From: Cenococcum geophilum
Lineage: Eukaryota
DNA: 64,000 nt
NCBI GenBank assembly: GCA_050273025.1
Contig: CP158635.1
Span: forward strand, 16,306,001 to 16,370,000
Reading direction: 5' to 3'
The notes beneath the pieces are model-generated. The model was given only the letters and a program-made list of their open reading frames with translations. It was not told the origin of the DNA and made no database searches. Below, piece after piece: positions 37,293-51,422 of this stretch (the stretch's first letter is position 1; each line of letters begins with the position of its first letter). Position numbers and translations under genes: made by a program.

Positions 37293-39534
37293 ATGGCGTT
37301 AATTAGTCGCGTAGAGATTAACGTCGCGAATAATGCCAAACTACGCGCTAACGCGTAGAGCATTCTCGCCCTTACGCGTGCCGAGAGGCCTAAAAACACG
37401 TCTCTAAATTATAAGCCGAAGTAGAAGGAGTTTAAGGTAGGTAGCTAGGTGCTTTACGGAGTAGTATACTTATAGCTAACGCGCGTCTTTCTAGGCCTTT
37501 TATAAGAAGAAGCAGTACTATAATAATAATACCGTTATAGAAGAAAAGCTACTCCTTTTCCTTATTAAGGAGGTTATAGGCCGGCCACTAAAAGTAAAAA
37601 GCCGTAAGGCCAGTAATAATATACCCTAGGATGAGACGCGGCTCTTCTAGCGCTTAGTTCGCGGCTATATTATGGCCCTAACGGACTTTTATTAGGCGTA
37701 GAAGGCTATAGGGATAAATAGCCACTAGTTCCTATAGGAGGATAATATTTAGGAGTACCTAAAGATTCTATAACGGAGGGACGCGTAGTAGGAAAAGGAC
37801 TAGTTCGCGGATAAGGGTAGAGATATATTGCTTAACGGATATACGGAGGACGAGTTTAAGAACGTCTGCCGCTAGCTATAGGCCCGCGGAGACTCCTTGC
37901 CGGAATGCTACCTCCGCATGCTTATAGATATCCTACTAGGCTACTATATGCTTACCCGCGGTGGCGACAGGCGCTCTACTAAGATCTTAGACCTATTTAC
38001 CTTTAAGTTTAAGGGCGAAGGCCCTATGCGCTATATGCCCCTAATATTTACTATACGCGCTAGTAAGTAGAACTAGTATAGCCGCCTTAAAACTATTAGG
38101 GCTCTATATAATATAAAGCCGCTTATCTATATACTTAGTGGGCTAGCTTTTTACCTCTTATACCGCTAGGACCTTAGCAATAAGCTATTCCTAGACTTTA
38201 GTAAGCGGTTAGCGTGGTATAATATCCGCCTAATTAAGAGTAGTGCTAGGGACTGTAAGGCGGCCTTCTTATATAACTTATAGCGGGAGTAGGTTGCTAA
38301 GGCGTTTTAGTACGTTAGCGTCTTCTTATAGAAGAAGACCTATATTAGACGAAGCGCTAGCGCTAAGACAGTAGAGCTAAAAGGGGTTAGTAAGGACCAG
38401 ATTAGACGCGCTAGTAGGTAAAACTAGGAGCAAATGGTTGGCTACTACTTAAACTCGCTACTATAGGAGTTTATGCGGACGATAGCTGGCTATACGCCGT
38501 AGATAGGCTGCTTTGAAATTTATAGGGCAAGCGTCGCCCCCCCTAACGTACTACTATTAATAATCTAGCCAGAGCTAAATATCTAAAAGGGTTAGTTTAG
38601 CCCTTAGGTTGGCTAGATTAATAACCTTATAGCTATAGGCGCTATAAACCTCCTATTCTACCTTTAGGAGGTTATCTTATAGGACTTAGTAGTCCTCCGC
38701 AAAATGTTCTTAAGTAGCCCTATATAGAACCACCCGGTTTTTTAGTATAAGGCCTATCTACCCTTTACGCAGAAGGTTAAAGCCTACCTATAGTAAAAGG
38801 AAGAAGGCCCTAGCTAGCTATTAATACTCTACTAAGCCGTACTAGCTATTATGGACTGCCTAAAGACTATAGACGCCTAGAATAACTAGAGAGTATATAA
38901 GAATAATAAGAGAGTATATAAGCTGTAGGCGTTATTTAACCATATAGCTAAGTCCTAGTAGGCGCAGTCTTTGCAGCTTTAATTGCTTATGTCTAGTAGC
39001 CTTACCTTTTGGCTTAAGGTCCCTTTAGTACGTCTACTAATAGCACGTTTACTAGCGCCTCTATCTATCGCGGGATTAAGCTAGTATGCGTTAGCCCGGG
39101 CGAGCGCTATAGCTTCCCCTTTACCGGCGCCGCCGCAGCTATAGTTATAGCTGTAACTATAGCTGTAGTAAGGGCCTAAGTCTAAGCTTAAGCTTAAGCT
39201 CTAGCCTAAGCAGCCGCCCGTGTATTATATATACCATATAGTAAAGTCTATATAGGCCCTTTGGCGCAAGTAGACTAAGGGGCTTAGAGGTAATCCTTTT
39301 ATAGTAGCGCTAGATTCTAAATAGAGTAGTAAATAGCGGGCTAGCCGGCAGAATAAGCTCTAATAGTATTCCCTACGGCTTAAGGTTATTAAGGAGATTA
39401 AGCGGGTTATATAGGCCTAGAGGGTTAGTAAGGAAGCGGCTATATAGTAGGTTAATCTATAGTAGGAGTAGATGCAGTGCTTATTAGATTAGCTTTGTAA
39501 ACGGCTTTAAGTAAGTAGAAAAGCTTTTAAATAG
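37293..39534 (+). pseudogene. CryptonF-type tyrosine recombinase + GCR1_C (C2 unit 1), one intron 37437-37494, RIP pseudogene
   Basis: ATG at 37293; GTAGGT...GCTAAC...CTAG intron; de-RIP motifs RPKNT, VTEEKLLLFL, DKGRDTLLDGY, HYMLTRGGDRR, EGPTRC, GKQNQHGR, KKTHIGR, RRAGRWN..M.GCYL, LWREWTEGL.GNPS..ALD.KWG.KWR. Confidence 0.88.
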
Positions 39535-40268
39535 TATATATCTTTAAAATACTAAGGGGTCTTCTATTAAGTCTTCTATTAAAACCTTTATTTATAGCCC
39601 CCTAGGGGCTTATTTTAGTGCGGTATAAGTTTAGTAGGGTACTTATATAATAGCGGTGCCTAACTTAAAATATAAATATCTTTATTAACCTACGGCCAAT
39701 TCTTACCATTCTAGTGCGAGTAGAGAGCTCTTGGCCGGCTCTACGCATAGCGCTTAATAGGTATTAAGAGTGCGGCGTTGCTGGTGATTATAGATCGACT
39801 ATAGATATGGGGTAATATCCATATGCCGCTAAGCGCATGGGCCTCTTCGCTTGCAAAATCTAACTTAGTGGCTAATTTAGCTATATAAATCGAACTATAG
39901 ATATACTATTGGTATTTACGGCTTAGCTAAGCGCCTAATTAGTTGCTAAGCCGTATATAACGCATATAACCCCCATTAATATTCGCGGATATTTACAGCC
40001 GAGCCTATAGCTAAGCCGTAGACATCTTTAAATATCTTTACCCCCGCTAATCGAGTTACTAATACGCGCGTACTATTGGCCTATTAGGCCAGCTATGCGC
40101 CTATATATTTACCCTATGCGGTAAGGTTACTTATCTATATCGCTAAGCGGTTAGTAGGTAGGGTAGGTATGCTTTCTCTACCTCTCCTCCCTGGTCTATA
40201 TCTGCGTATATATAAAAAATAGGAACCCCCTTAGGGCGCCGCTTCTCTAGCAGCGTCCTATCTTAAAA

Positions 40269-42510
40269 ATGGCGTTAATTAGTCGCGTAGAGATTAATAT
40301 CGCGAATAATACCGAACTACGCGCTAACGCGTAGAGTATTCTCGCCCTTATATATGCCAAGAGGCCTAAAAATATGTCTCTAAATTATAAGCCGAAGTAG
40401 AAGGAGTTTAAGGTAGGTAGCTAGGTGCTTTATAAAGTAGTATACTTATAACTAACGCGCGTCTTTCTAGGCCTTTTATAAGAAGAAGTAGTACTATAAT
40501 AGTAATACTGTTATAGAAGAAAAGCTACTCCTTTTCCTCATTAAGGAGGTTATAGGCCGGCCACTAAAAGCAAAAAGCTATAAGGCTAGTGATAATGTAC
40601 TTTAGGACAAGACGCGGCTCTCCTAGCGCTTAGTTTATAGTTATATTACGGCCCTAATAGACCTCTACTAGGCGTAGAAGGCTATAGGGATAAATAGCCA
40701 CTAGTTCCTATGGGAGGATAATATTTAGGAGTACCTAAAGATTCTATAACAGAGGGATGTGTAGTGGGAAAAGGACTAGTTTATAGATAAGGGTAGAGAT
40801 ATACTACTTAACGGATATATAGAGGACGAGTTTAAGAACGTCTACCGCCAGCTATGGGCCCACGGAGACTCCTTGCCGGAATGCTACCTCCGCACGCTTG
40901 TAGATATCCTACTAGGCCACTATATACTTACCCACGGCGGCAACAGGCGCTCCGCTAAGATCTTAGACCTATTTACCTTTAAGTTTAAGGGTAAAGGCCC
41001 TACGCGCTATATGCCCCTAATATTTACTATATACGCTAGTAAGCAGAACTAGTATAGCCGCCTTAAGACTATTAGGGCTCTATATAATAAGAAGCCACTT
41101 ATCTATATACTTAGCGGGCTAGCTTTTTACCTCTTATACCACTAGGACCTTAGTAACGAGCTATTCCTAGACTTTAGTAAGCGGTTAGTGTGGTATAATA
41201 TCCGCCTAATTAAGAGCAGTACTAGGGACTATAAGGCGGCCTTCTTATATAACTCGCAGCAGGAGTAGGTTGCTAAGGTGTTTTAGTATATTAGCGTCTT
41301 CTTATAGAAGAAGACCTATATTGGATAAAGCGCTAGCGCTAAGATAGTAGAGCTAAAAGGGGTTAGTAAGGACTAGATTAGACGCGCTAGTAGGTAGAAC
41401 TAGGAGCAGATGGTTAGTTGCTACTTAAACTTGCTACTATAGGAGTTTATACGGACGATGGCCGGCTATATACCGTAGATAGGCTGCTTTGAGATTTGTA
41501 GGGCAAGCGTTACCCCCCCTAACGTACTACTATTGACAATCTAGCCAGAGCTAGATGTCTAGAAGGGTTGGTTTAGCCCTTAGGTCGGCCAGATTAACGA
41601 TCTTATAGCTATAGGCGCTATAAACCTCCTATTCTACCTTTAGGAGGTTATTCTATAGGACTTAATAGTCCTTTGCGAAATATTCCTAAGCAGCCCTATA
41701 TAGAACCACCTAGTCTTCTAGTATAAGGCCTATCTACCCTTTACGCGGAAGGTTAAAGCCTGCCTATAGTAGGAGGAAGAAGGCCCTAGCTAGCTATTAA
41801 TACTTTACTAGGCCGTGCTGGCTATTGTGGACTGCCTAAAGACTATAAACGCCTGGAATAACTAGAGAGTATATAAGAATAATAAGAGAGTATATAAGCT
41901 ATAGGCGTCGTTTAACCGTATAGCTGAGTCCTAGTGGGCGCAGTCTTTACAGCTTTAATTGCTTATGTCTAGTAGCCTTACCTTTTAGCTTAAGGTCCCT
42001 TTAGTATATCTATTAACGGCACGTCTACCGGCGCCTCTATCTATCGCGGGATTAAGCTAGTATGCGTTGGCCTAGGTAAGCGCTATAGCTTTCCCTTTAC
42101 CGGCGCCGCCGCAGCTATAGCTATAGCTATAACTATAGCCGTAGTAAGGGCCTAAGTCTAAGCTCGAGCTTAAGCTCCAGCTTAAGTAGCCGCCTGTGTA
42201 TTGTATGTGCTATATAGTAAAGTTTATACGGGCCCTTTAGCGCGAGTGGACTAAGGGGCTTAGAGGTAATCCTTCTGTAATAGCGCTAGATTCTAAATAG
42301 GGCAGTAAATAGCGGGCTGGCCGGTAGAATAAGCTTTAATAGTATTCCCTATAGCTTAAGGTTATTAAGGAGATTAAGCGGGTTGTATAGGCCTAGAGGG
42401 TTAGTAAGAAAGCGGCTATATAGTAGGTTAATTTATAGTAGGAGTAGATATAGTGCTTACTAGATTAGCTTTATAAATGGCTTTAAGCAGGTAAAAAAGC
42501 TTTTAAATAG
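40269..42510 (+). pseudogene. Crypton C2 recombinase, unit 2
   Basis: Colinear with unit 1 at offset +2976. Confidence 0.88.
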
Positions 42511-43244
42511 TATATATCTCTAAAATACTAAGGGGTCTTCTATTAAGTCTTCTATTAAAACCTTTATCTATAGCCCCCTAGGGGCTTATTTTGGTACGGT
42601 ATAAGTTTAATAGGGTACTTATACAATAGTAGTGCCTAACTTAAAATATAAATATCTTTATTAACCCACGGCCAATTCTTATTATTCTAGTGCGAGTAGA
42701 GAGCTCTTGGCCGGCTCTACGCATAGCGCTTAATAGGTATTAAGAGCGCGGCGTCGCTAGTGATTATAGATCGACCGTAGATATAGGGTAATATCTATAT
42801 GCCGCTAAGCGCACAGGCCTCTTCGCCTGTAAAATCTAACTTAGCGGCTGATTTAGCTATATAAATTAAACCGTAGATATACTATTAGTATTTATGGCTT
42901 AGCTAAGCGCCCGATTAGTCGCTAAGCCGTATATAACGCATATAACCCCCGTTAATATTCGCGGATATCTATAGCTAAGCCTGCAGCCAAGCCGTGGACA
43001 TCTTTAAATGTCTTTACCCCCGCTGATTAAGTCGCTAATACGCGCGTACTATTGGCCTATTGGGCTAGCTATGCGCCTATATATTTACCCTATGCGGTAA
43101 GGTTACTTATCCGCGTTACTGAGCGGTTAGTAGGTAGGGTAGGTATGCTTTCTTTACCTCTTTTCCCTGGTTTATATCTGCGTATATATAAAAAATAGGA
43201 ACCCCCCTAGGGCGCTGCTTTTCTAGCAGCGTCCTATTTTAAAA

Positions 43245-45486
43245 ATGGCGTTAATTAGTTGTGTAGAGATTAACGTCGCGAATAATGCTAAACTACGCGC
43301 TAACGCGTAGAGTATTCTTGCCCTTATATGTGCTAAGAGGCCTAAAAATATGTCTCTAAATTATAAGCCAAAGTAGAAGGAGTTTAAGGTAGGTAGCTAG
43401 GTGCTTTATAGAGTAGTATACTTATAGCTAACGCGCGTCTTTCTAGGCCTTTTGTAAGAAGAAGTAGTACTATAATAGTAATACCGTTACGGAAGAAAAG
43501 CTACTCCTTTTCTTTATTAAGGAGGTTATAGGTTAGCCACTAAAAGCAAAAAGCTATAAGGCTAGTGATGACGTACCCTAAGACGAGACGCGGCTCTCCT
43601 AGCGCTTAGTTCGCGGCTATATTACGGCCCTAATGGACCTTTACTGGGCGTAGAAGGCTATAGGGATAAATAGCCACTAGTTCCTACGGGAGGATAACGT
43701 TTAGGAGTATCTAAAGATTCTATAATAGAGGGACGCGTAGTAGGAAAAGGACTAGTTTGCGGATAAGGGTAGAGATATACTGCTTAACGGATATATAAAG
43801 GACGAGTTTAAGAACGTCTGCCGCTAGCTATGGGCCCGCGGAGACTCCTCGCCGGAATACTACCTTCGCATGCTTATGGATATCCTACTAAGCCACTATA
43901 TACTTACCCGCGGCGGTAACAGGCACTCCGCTAAGATCTTAGACCTATTTACCTTTAAGTTTAAGGGCGAAGGCCCTACGCGCTATATGCCCCTAATATT
44001 TACTATATGCGCCGGCAAGTAGAACCAGTATAGCCGCCTTAAGACTATTAGGGCTTTATGTAATAAGAAGCTACTTATTTATATACTTAGCGGGCTAGCT
44101 TTCTACCTCTTATACCGCTAGGACCTTAGCGACGAGCTATTCCTAGACTTTAGTAAGCGGTTAGTATAGTATAATATCCGCCTAATTAAGAGCAGTGCTA
44201 GGGACTATAAGGCGGCCTTCTTATATAACTCGCAGCGGGAGTAGGTTGCTAAGGCGTTTTAGTATATTGGCGTCTTCTTATAGAAGAAGACCTATATTAA
44301 ATAAAGCGCTAGCGCTAAGATAGTAGAGCTAAAAGGGGTTAGTAAGGACTAGATTAGATACGCTAGTAGGTAGAACTAGGAGTAGATAGTTAGCTGCTAC
44401 TTAAACTCGCTATTATAGGAGTTTATGCGGACGATGGCTGGCTATACGCCGTAGATGGGCTGCTTTGAGATTTGTAGGGTAAGCGTTGCCCCCCCTAACG
44501 TACTACTATTGACGATCTGGCTAGAGCTAGACGTCTAAAAGGGTTGGTTTAGCCCTTAGGTTGGCTAGATTAATAACCTTATAGCTATAGGCGCCACGAA
44601 CCTTCTATTCTATCTTTAGAAGGTTATTTTATAGGACTTAGTAGTCCTCTGCGAAATGTTTCTAAGTAGCCCTATATAGAACTACCCGGTCTTTTAGTAT
44701 AAGGCCTATCTACCCTTTACGCGGAAGGTTAAAGCCTGCCTATAGTAGGAGGAAGAAGGCCCTAGCTAGCTATTAATACTCTACTAGGCCGTGCCGGCTA
44801 TTGCGGACTGCCTAAAGACTATAGACGCCTAGAATAACTAGAGAGTACGTAAGAACAATAAGAGAGTATATAAGCTATAGGCGTTGTTTAACTATATAGC
44901 CGAGTCCTAGTGGGCGCAGTCTTTGTAGCTTTAATTGCTTATATCTAGTAGCCTTACCTTTTAGCTTAAGGTCCCTTTGGTATATTTACTAACAGTACAT
45001 CTACCGGCGCTTCTATCTATTGCGGGATTAAGCTAGTATACGTTGGCCCGGGCGAGCGCTATAGCTTCCCCTTCGCCGGCGCCGCCGCAGCTATAGCTAT
45101 AGCCGCAACTATAGCCGCAGTAAGGGCCCGAGTCTAAGCTTAAGCTTAAGCTCTAGCCTAAGCAGCCGCCCGTGTATTGTATATACCGCGCAGTAAAGTC
45201 TATACGGGCCCTTTAGCGTAAGTAAACTAAGGGGCTTAGAGGTAATTCTTTTATAGTAGCGCTAGATTTTAAATAGGGTAGTAAATGGCGGGCCGGCTGG
45301 CAGAACGAGCTTTAATGGTATTCCCTACGGCTTAAGGTTATTAAGGAGATTAAGCGGGTTGTGTAGGCCTAGAGGGTTAGCGAGGAAGCGGCTATATAGT
45401 AGGTTAATCTATAGCAGGAGTAGATATAGTGCTTACTAGATTAGCTTTATAAACGGCTTTAAGTAGGTAGAAAAGCTTTTAAATAG
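43245..45486 (+). pseudogene. Crypton C2 recombinase, unit 3
   Basis: Colinear with unit 1 at offset +5952. Confidence 0.88.
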
Positions 45487-46220
45487 TATATATCTCTAAA
45501 ATACTAAGGGGTCTTCTATTAAGTCTTCTATTAAAACCTTTATCTATAGCCCCCTAGGGGCTTATTTTAGTGCGGTATAAGTTTAGTAGGGTACTTATAT
45601 AATGGCGGTACCCAACTTAAAATATAAATATCTTCATTAACCTACGGCTAATTCTTACTATTTTAGTGCGAGCAGAGAGCTCTTGGCTGGCTCTACGTAT
45701 AGCGCTTAACAGGTGTTAAGAGCGCGGCGTCGCTAGTAATTGTAGATTGACTATAGATATGGGGTAATATCTATATGCCGCTGAGCGTATAGGCCTCTTT
45801 GCCTGCAAAATCTAACTTAGCGGCTGATTTAGCTATATAAATCGAACCATGGATATACTATTGGTATTTACGGCTTAGCTAAGCGCCCAATTAGTTACTA
45901 AGCCGTATATAATGTATATAACCCCCGTTAATATTTATAGATATCTACGGCTAAGCCTACAGCCAAGCCGTGGACATCTTTAAATGTCTTTACCCCTGCT
46001 AATTAAGTCGCTAATACGCGCGTACTATTGGCCTATTGGGCCAGCTATGCGCCTATATATTTACCCTATGCGGTAAGGTTACTTATCCGCGTCGCTGAGC
46101 GGTTAGTAGGTAGGGTAGGTATACTTTCTCTACCTCTCCTCCCTAGTCTATATCTGCGTATATATAAAAAATAGGAACCCCCCTAGGGCGCCGCTTCTCT
46201 AGCAGCGTCCTATCTTAAAA

Positions 46221-48462
46221 ATAGCGTTAATTAGTCGTGTAGAGATTAACGTCGCGAATAATGCTAAACTACGCGCTAACGCGTAGAGTATTCTCGCCCT
46301 TACGCGTACTAAGAGGCCTAAAAATATGTCTCTAAATTATAAGCCGAAGTAAAAGGAGTTTAAGGTAGGTAGCTAGGTGCTTTATAGAGTAGTATACTTA
46401 TAGCTAACGCGCGTCTTTTTAGGCCTTTTATAAGAAGAAGCAGTACTATAATAGTGATACCGTTATAGAAGAAAAGCTACTCCTTTTCCTTATTAAGGAG
46501 GTTATAGGCTGGCTATTAAAAGTAAAAAGCTATAAGGTTAGTAACGATATACCTTAAAACGAGACACGGCTCTCCTAACGCTTAGTTCGCGGCTATATTA
46601 TAGCCCTAATAGACCTCTACTAGGCGTAGAAGGCTATAGGGATAAACAGCCACTAGTTCCTATAGGAGGATAATATTTAGGAGTACCTAAAGATTCTATA
46701 ACGGAGGGACGCGCAGTAGGAAAAGGACTAGTTCGCGGATAAGGGTAGAGATATACTGCTTAACGGATATATAGAGGACGAGTTTAAGAACGTCTGCCGC
46801 TAGCTATAGGCCTGTAGAGACTCCTTGCCGGAATACTACCTCCGTACGCTTATAGATATCCTACTAGGCTACTATATACTTACCCGCGGCGGCGACAGGC
46901 GCTCCGCTGAGATCTTAGACCTATTTACCTTTAAGTTTAAGGGCGAAGGCCCTACGCGCTATATGCCCCTAATATTTACTATACGCGCCGGTAAGTAGAA
47001 CTAGTATAGCCGCCTTAAGACTATTGGGGCTCTATGTAATAAGAAGCCGCTTATTTATATGCTTAGCGGGCTAGCTTTCTACCTCTTATACCGCTAGGAC
47101 TTTAATAACGAGCTATTCCTAGACTTTAGTAAGCGGTTAGTGTAGTATAATATCCGCCTAATTAAGAGCAGTGCTGGGGACTGTAAGGCGGCCTTCTTAT
47201 ATAACTTGTAGCGGGAGTAGGTTACTAAGGCGTTTTAGTATATCGGCGTCTTCTTATAGAAGAAGACCTATATTAGACAAAGCGCTGGCGCTAAGATAGT
47301 AGAGCTAAAAGGGGTTAGCGAGAACTAGATTAGACGCGCTAGTAGGTGGAACTAAGAGTAGATGGTTAGCTGCTACTTAAACTTACTACTACGGGAGTTT
47401 ATACGGATAATGGCCGGCTATACGCCGTAGATAGGCTGCTTTAAGATTTATAGGGCAAGTGTTGCCCCCCCTAACGTACTACTATTGATAATCTAGCCAG
47501 AGCTAGATGTCTAAAAGGGTTGGTTTAGCCCTTAGGTTAGCTAGATTAACGACCTTATAGCTATAGGCGCCATAAACCTCCTATTCTACCTTTAGGAGGT
47601 TATCCTATAGGACTTAGTAGTCCTCCGCGAAATATTCCCAAGTAGCCCTATATAAAACTACTTAGTCTTTTAGTATAAGGCCTATCTACCCTTTACGCGG
47701 AAGGTTAAAGCCTACCTATAGTAGGAGGAAGAAGGCCCTAGCTAGCTATTAATACTCTATTAGGCCGTGCTGGCTATTATAGACTGCCTAAAGACTATAG
47801 ACGCCTGGAATAACTAGAGAGTATATAAGAATAATAAGAAAGTATATAAGCTATAGGCGTTATTTAACTGTATAGCTAAGTCCTAGTGGGCGCAGTCTTC
47901 GTAGCTTTAATTGCTTATATCTAGTAGCCTTACCTTTTAGCTTAAGGTCCCTTTGGCACGTTTACTAACAGTATATCTACTAGCGCCTCTATCTATCGCG
48001 GGATTAAGCTAGTATACGTCGGCCTGGGCGAGCGCTGTAGCTTCCCCTTTACCGGCGCCGCCGCAGCTATAGCCGCAGCCGTAACTATAGCTATAGTAAG
48101 GGCCCGAGTCTAAGCTTAAGCTTAAGCTTTAGCCTAAGTAGCCGCCTATATATTATATATGCCGCGCAGTAAAGTCCGTATAGGCCCTTTAGCGTAAGTA
48201 GACTAAGGGGCTTAGAGGTAATCCTTTTATAGTAGCGCTAGATTCTAAATAGGGTAGTAAATAGCGGGCTAGCTGGTAGAACAAGCTCTAATAGTATTCC
48301 CTATGGCTTAAGATTATTAAGGAGATTAAGCGGGTCGCGTAGGCCTAGAGGGTTAGTAAGGAAGCGGCTATATAGCAGGTTAATCTATAGTAGGAGTAGA
48401 TATAGTACTTACTAGATTAGCTTTATAAACGGCTTTAAGCGGGTAAAAAAGCTTTTAAATAG
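46221..48462 (+). pseudogene. Crypton C2 recombinase, unit 4
   Basis: Colinear with unit 1 at offset +8928; ATG mutated to ATA. Confidence 0.88.
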
Positions 48463-49196
48463 TATATATCTCTAAAATACTAAGGGGTCTTCTATTAAGT
48501 CTTCTATTAAAACCTTTATCTATAGCCCCCTAGGGGCTTATTTTAGTGCGGTATAAGTTTAGTGGGGTATTTATATAATGGCGGTGCCTAACTTAAAATA
48601 TAAATATCTTTATTAACCTACGGCCAATTTTTACCATTCTAGTGCGAGTAGAGAGCTCTTGGCCGGCTCTACGCATAGCGCTTAATAGGTATTAAGAGCG
48701 CGGCGTCGCTGGTAATTGTAGATTAACTGTAGATATAGGGTAATATCTATATACCGCTAAGCGCACGGGCCTCTTCGCCTGCAAAATCTGACTTAGCGGC
48801 TAATTTAGCTATATAAATTAAACCATGGACATACTATTAGTGTTTACGGCTTAGCTAAGCGCCTAATTAGTTGCTGAGCCGCATATAACGTATATAACCC
48901 CTATTAATATTCGCGGATGTTTATAGCTGAGCCTGTAGCTAAGCCGTGGATATCTTTAAATATCTTTACCCCTGCTAATTAAGTCGCTAATACGCGCGTA
49001 CTATTGGCCTATTAGGCCAGCTATGCGCCTATATATTTACCCTATGCAGTAAGGTCACTTATTCACGTCGCTAAGCGGTTAGTAGGTAGGGTAGGTATGC
49101 TTTCTCTACCTCTCCTCCCTAGTCTATGTCTGCGTATATATAAAAAATAGGAACCCCCCTAAGGCGCCGCTTCTTTAGCAGCGTCCTATCTTAAAA

Positions 49197-51422
49197 ATGG
49201 CGTTAATTAGTCGCGTAGAGATTAATATTATAAATAATACCGAACTACGCGCTAACGCGTAGAGTATTCTCGCCCTTACGTATGCTAAGAGGCCTAAAAA
49301 TACATTTTTAAATTATAAGCCAAAGTAGAAGGAGTTTAAGGTAGGTAGCTAAGTGCTTTACAGAGTAGTATACTTATAGCTAACGCGTGTCTTTCTAGGC
49401 CTTTTATAAGAAGAAGTAGTACTATAATAGTAATACCGTTACGGAAGAAAAGCTACTTCTTTTCCTTATTAAGGAGGTTATAGGCTGGCCACTAAAAGCA
49501 AAAAGCCGTAAGGCTAATAATAATGTACCCTAGGACAAGACGCGGCTCTCCTGGCGCTTAGTTTGCGGCTATATTACGGCCCTAATAGACCTTTACTAGG
49601 CGTAGAAGGCTATAGGGATAAATAGCCACTAGTTTCTATGGGAGGATAATATTTAGAAGTACCTAAAGATTCTATAACGGAGGGACGCGTAGTAGGAAAA
49701 GGACTAGTTCGCGGATAAGGGTAGAGATATACTACTTAATGGATATATAGAGGATAAGTTTAAGAATATCTGCCGCCAGCTATGGGCCCGCGGAGACTCC
49801 TCGCCAGAATGCTACCTCCGCACGCTTGTGGATATCCTACTAGGCCACTATATGCTTACTTATAGTGGCGATAGGCGCTCTGCTAAGATCTTAGACCTAT
49901 TTACCTTTAAGTTTAAGGGCGAAGGCCCTACGCGCTATATGCCCCTAATATTTACTATACATACTAGTAAGTAGAACTAGTATAGCCGCCTTAAGACTAT
50001 TAGGGCTCTATATAATAAGAAGCCGCTTATCTATATACTTAGCGGGCTAGCTTTTTACCTCTTATACTATTAGGACCTTAGCAACAAGCTATTCCTAAAC
50101 TTTAGTAAGCGGTTAGCGTAGTATAATATCCGCCTAATTAAGAGTAGTGCTGGGGACTATAAGGCGGCTTTCTTATATAACTTGTAGCGGGAGTAGGTTG
50201 CTAAGGCGTTTTCTTATAGAAGAAGACCTATATTAGATAAAGCGCTGGCGCTAAGATAGTAGAGCTAAAAGGGGTTAGCGAGGACTAGATTAGATACGCT
50301 AGTAGGTAAAACTAGGAGTAGATGGTTAGCTATTACTTAAACTCGCTACTACGGGAGTTTATACGGACGATAGCTGGCCATATACTGTAAATAGGCTGCT
50401 TTAAGATTTATAGGGCAAGCGTTGCCCCCCCTAATGTACTACTATTAACGATCTAGCTAGAGCTAGATATTTAAAAGGGTTAGTTTAGCCCTTAGGTTGG
50501 CTAGATTAATAACCTTATAGCTATAGGCGCTACGAACCTCCTATTCTACCTTTAGGAGGTTATCTTATAGGACTTAGTAGTCCTTCGCGAAATGTTTCTA
50601 AGCAGCCCTATATAGAACTACCTAGTCTTCTAGTATAAGGCCTATCTACCCTTTACGCGGAAGGTTAAAGCCTACCTATAGTAGGAGGAAGAAGGCCCTA
50701 GCTAGCTATTAATACTTTACTAGGCCGTACTAGCTATTACGGACTGCCTAAAGACTATAGACGCCTGGAATAACTAGAGAGTATATAAGAATAATAAGAG
50801 AGCATATAAGCTGTAGGCGTTATTTAACCGTATAGCCGAGTCCTAGTAGGCGCAGTCTTTATAGCTTTAATTGCTTACGTTTAATAGCCTTACCTTTTAG
50901 CTTAAGGTCCCTTTGGCACGTTTACTAACGGCACGTCTATTAGCGCCTCTATTTATCACAGGATTAAGCTAGTATATATTGGCCCGGGTAAGCGCTATAG
51001 CTTCCCCTTTACCGGCACCGCCGTAGCTATAGCTGTAGCTGTAACTATAGCTGTAGTAAGGGCCTAAGTCTGAGCTTGAGCTTAAGCTTTAGCCTAAGCA
51101 GCCGCCCGTGTATTATATATGCCGCGCAGTAAAGTCTATATAGGCCCTTTAGCGTAAGTAGACTAAGGGGCTTAGAGGTAATCCTTTTATAGTAGCGCTA
51201 GATTCTAAATAGGGCAGTAAATAGCGGGCTAGCCGGTAGAATGAGCTCTAATAGTATTCCCTACGGCTTAAGGTTATTAAGAAGATTAAGTGGGTTGCGT
51301 AGGCCTAGAGGGTTAGTAAGGAAGCGGCTATATAGTAGGTTAATCTATAGTAGGAGTAGATATAGTACTTACTAGATTAGCTTTATAAACGGCTTTAAGC
51401 GGGTAGAAAAGCTTTTAAATAG
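49197..51422 (+). pseudogene. Crypton C2 recombinase, unit 5 (16 bp deletion at ~50210)
   Basis: Colinear with the other units apart from the deletion. Confidence 0.88.

Noticed and set aside
37293..51422. Host kinetochore NDC10 or GCR1 gene cluster
   Set aside because: Element termini, tandem copies and RIP indicate transposons; these host genes derive from Cryptons, which explains the similarity
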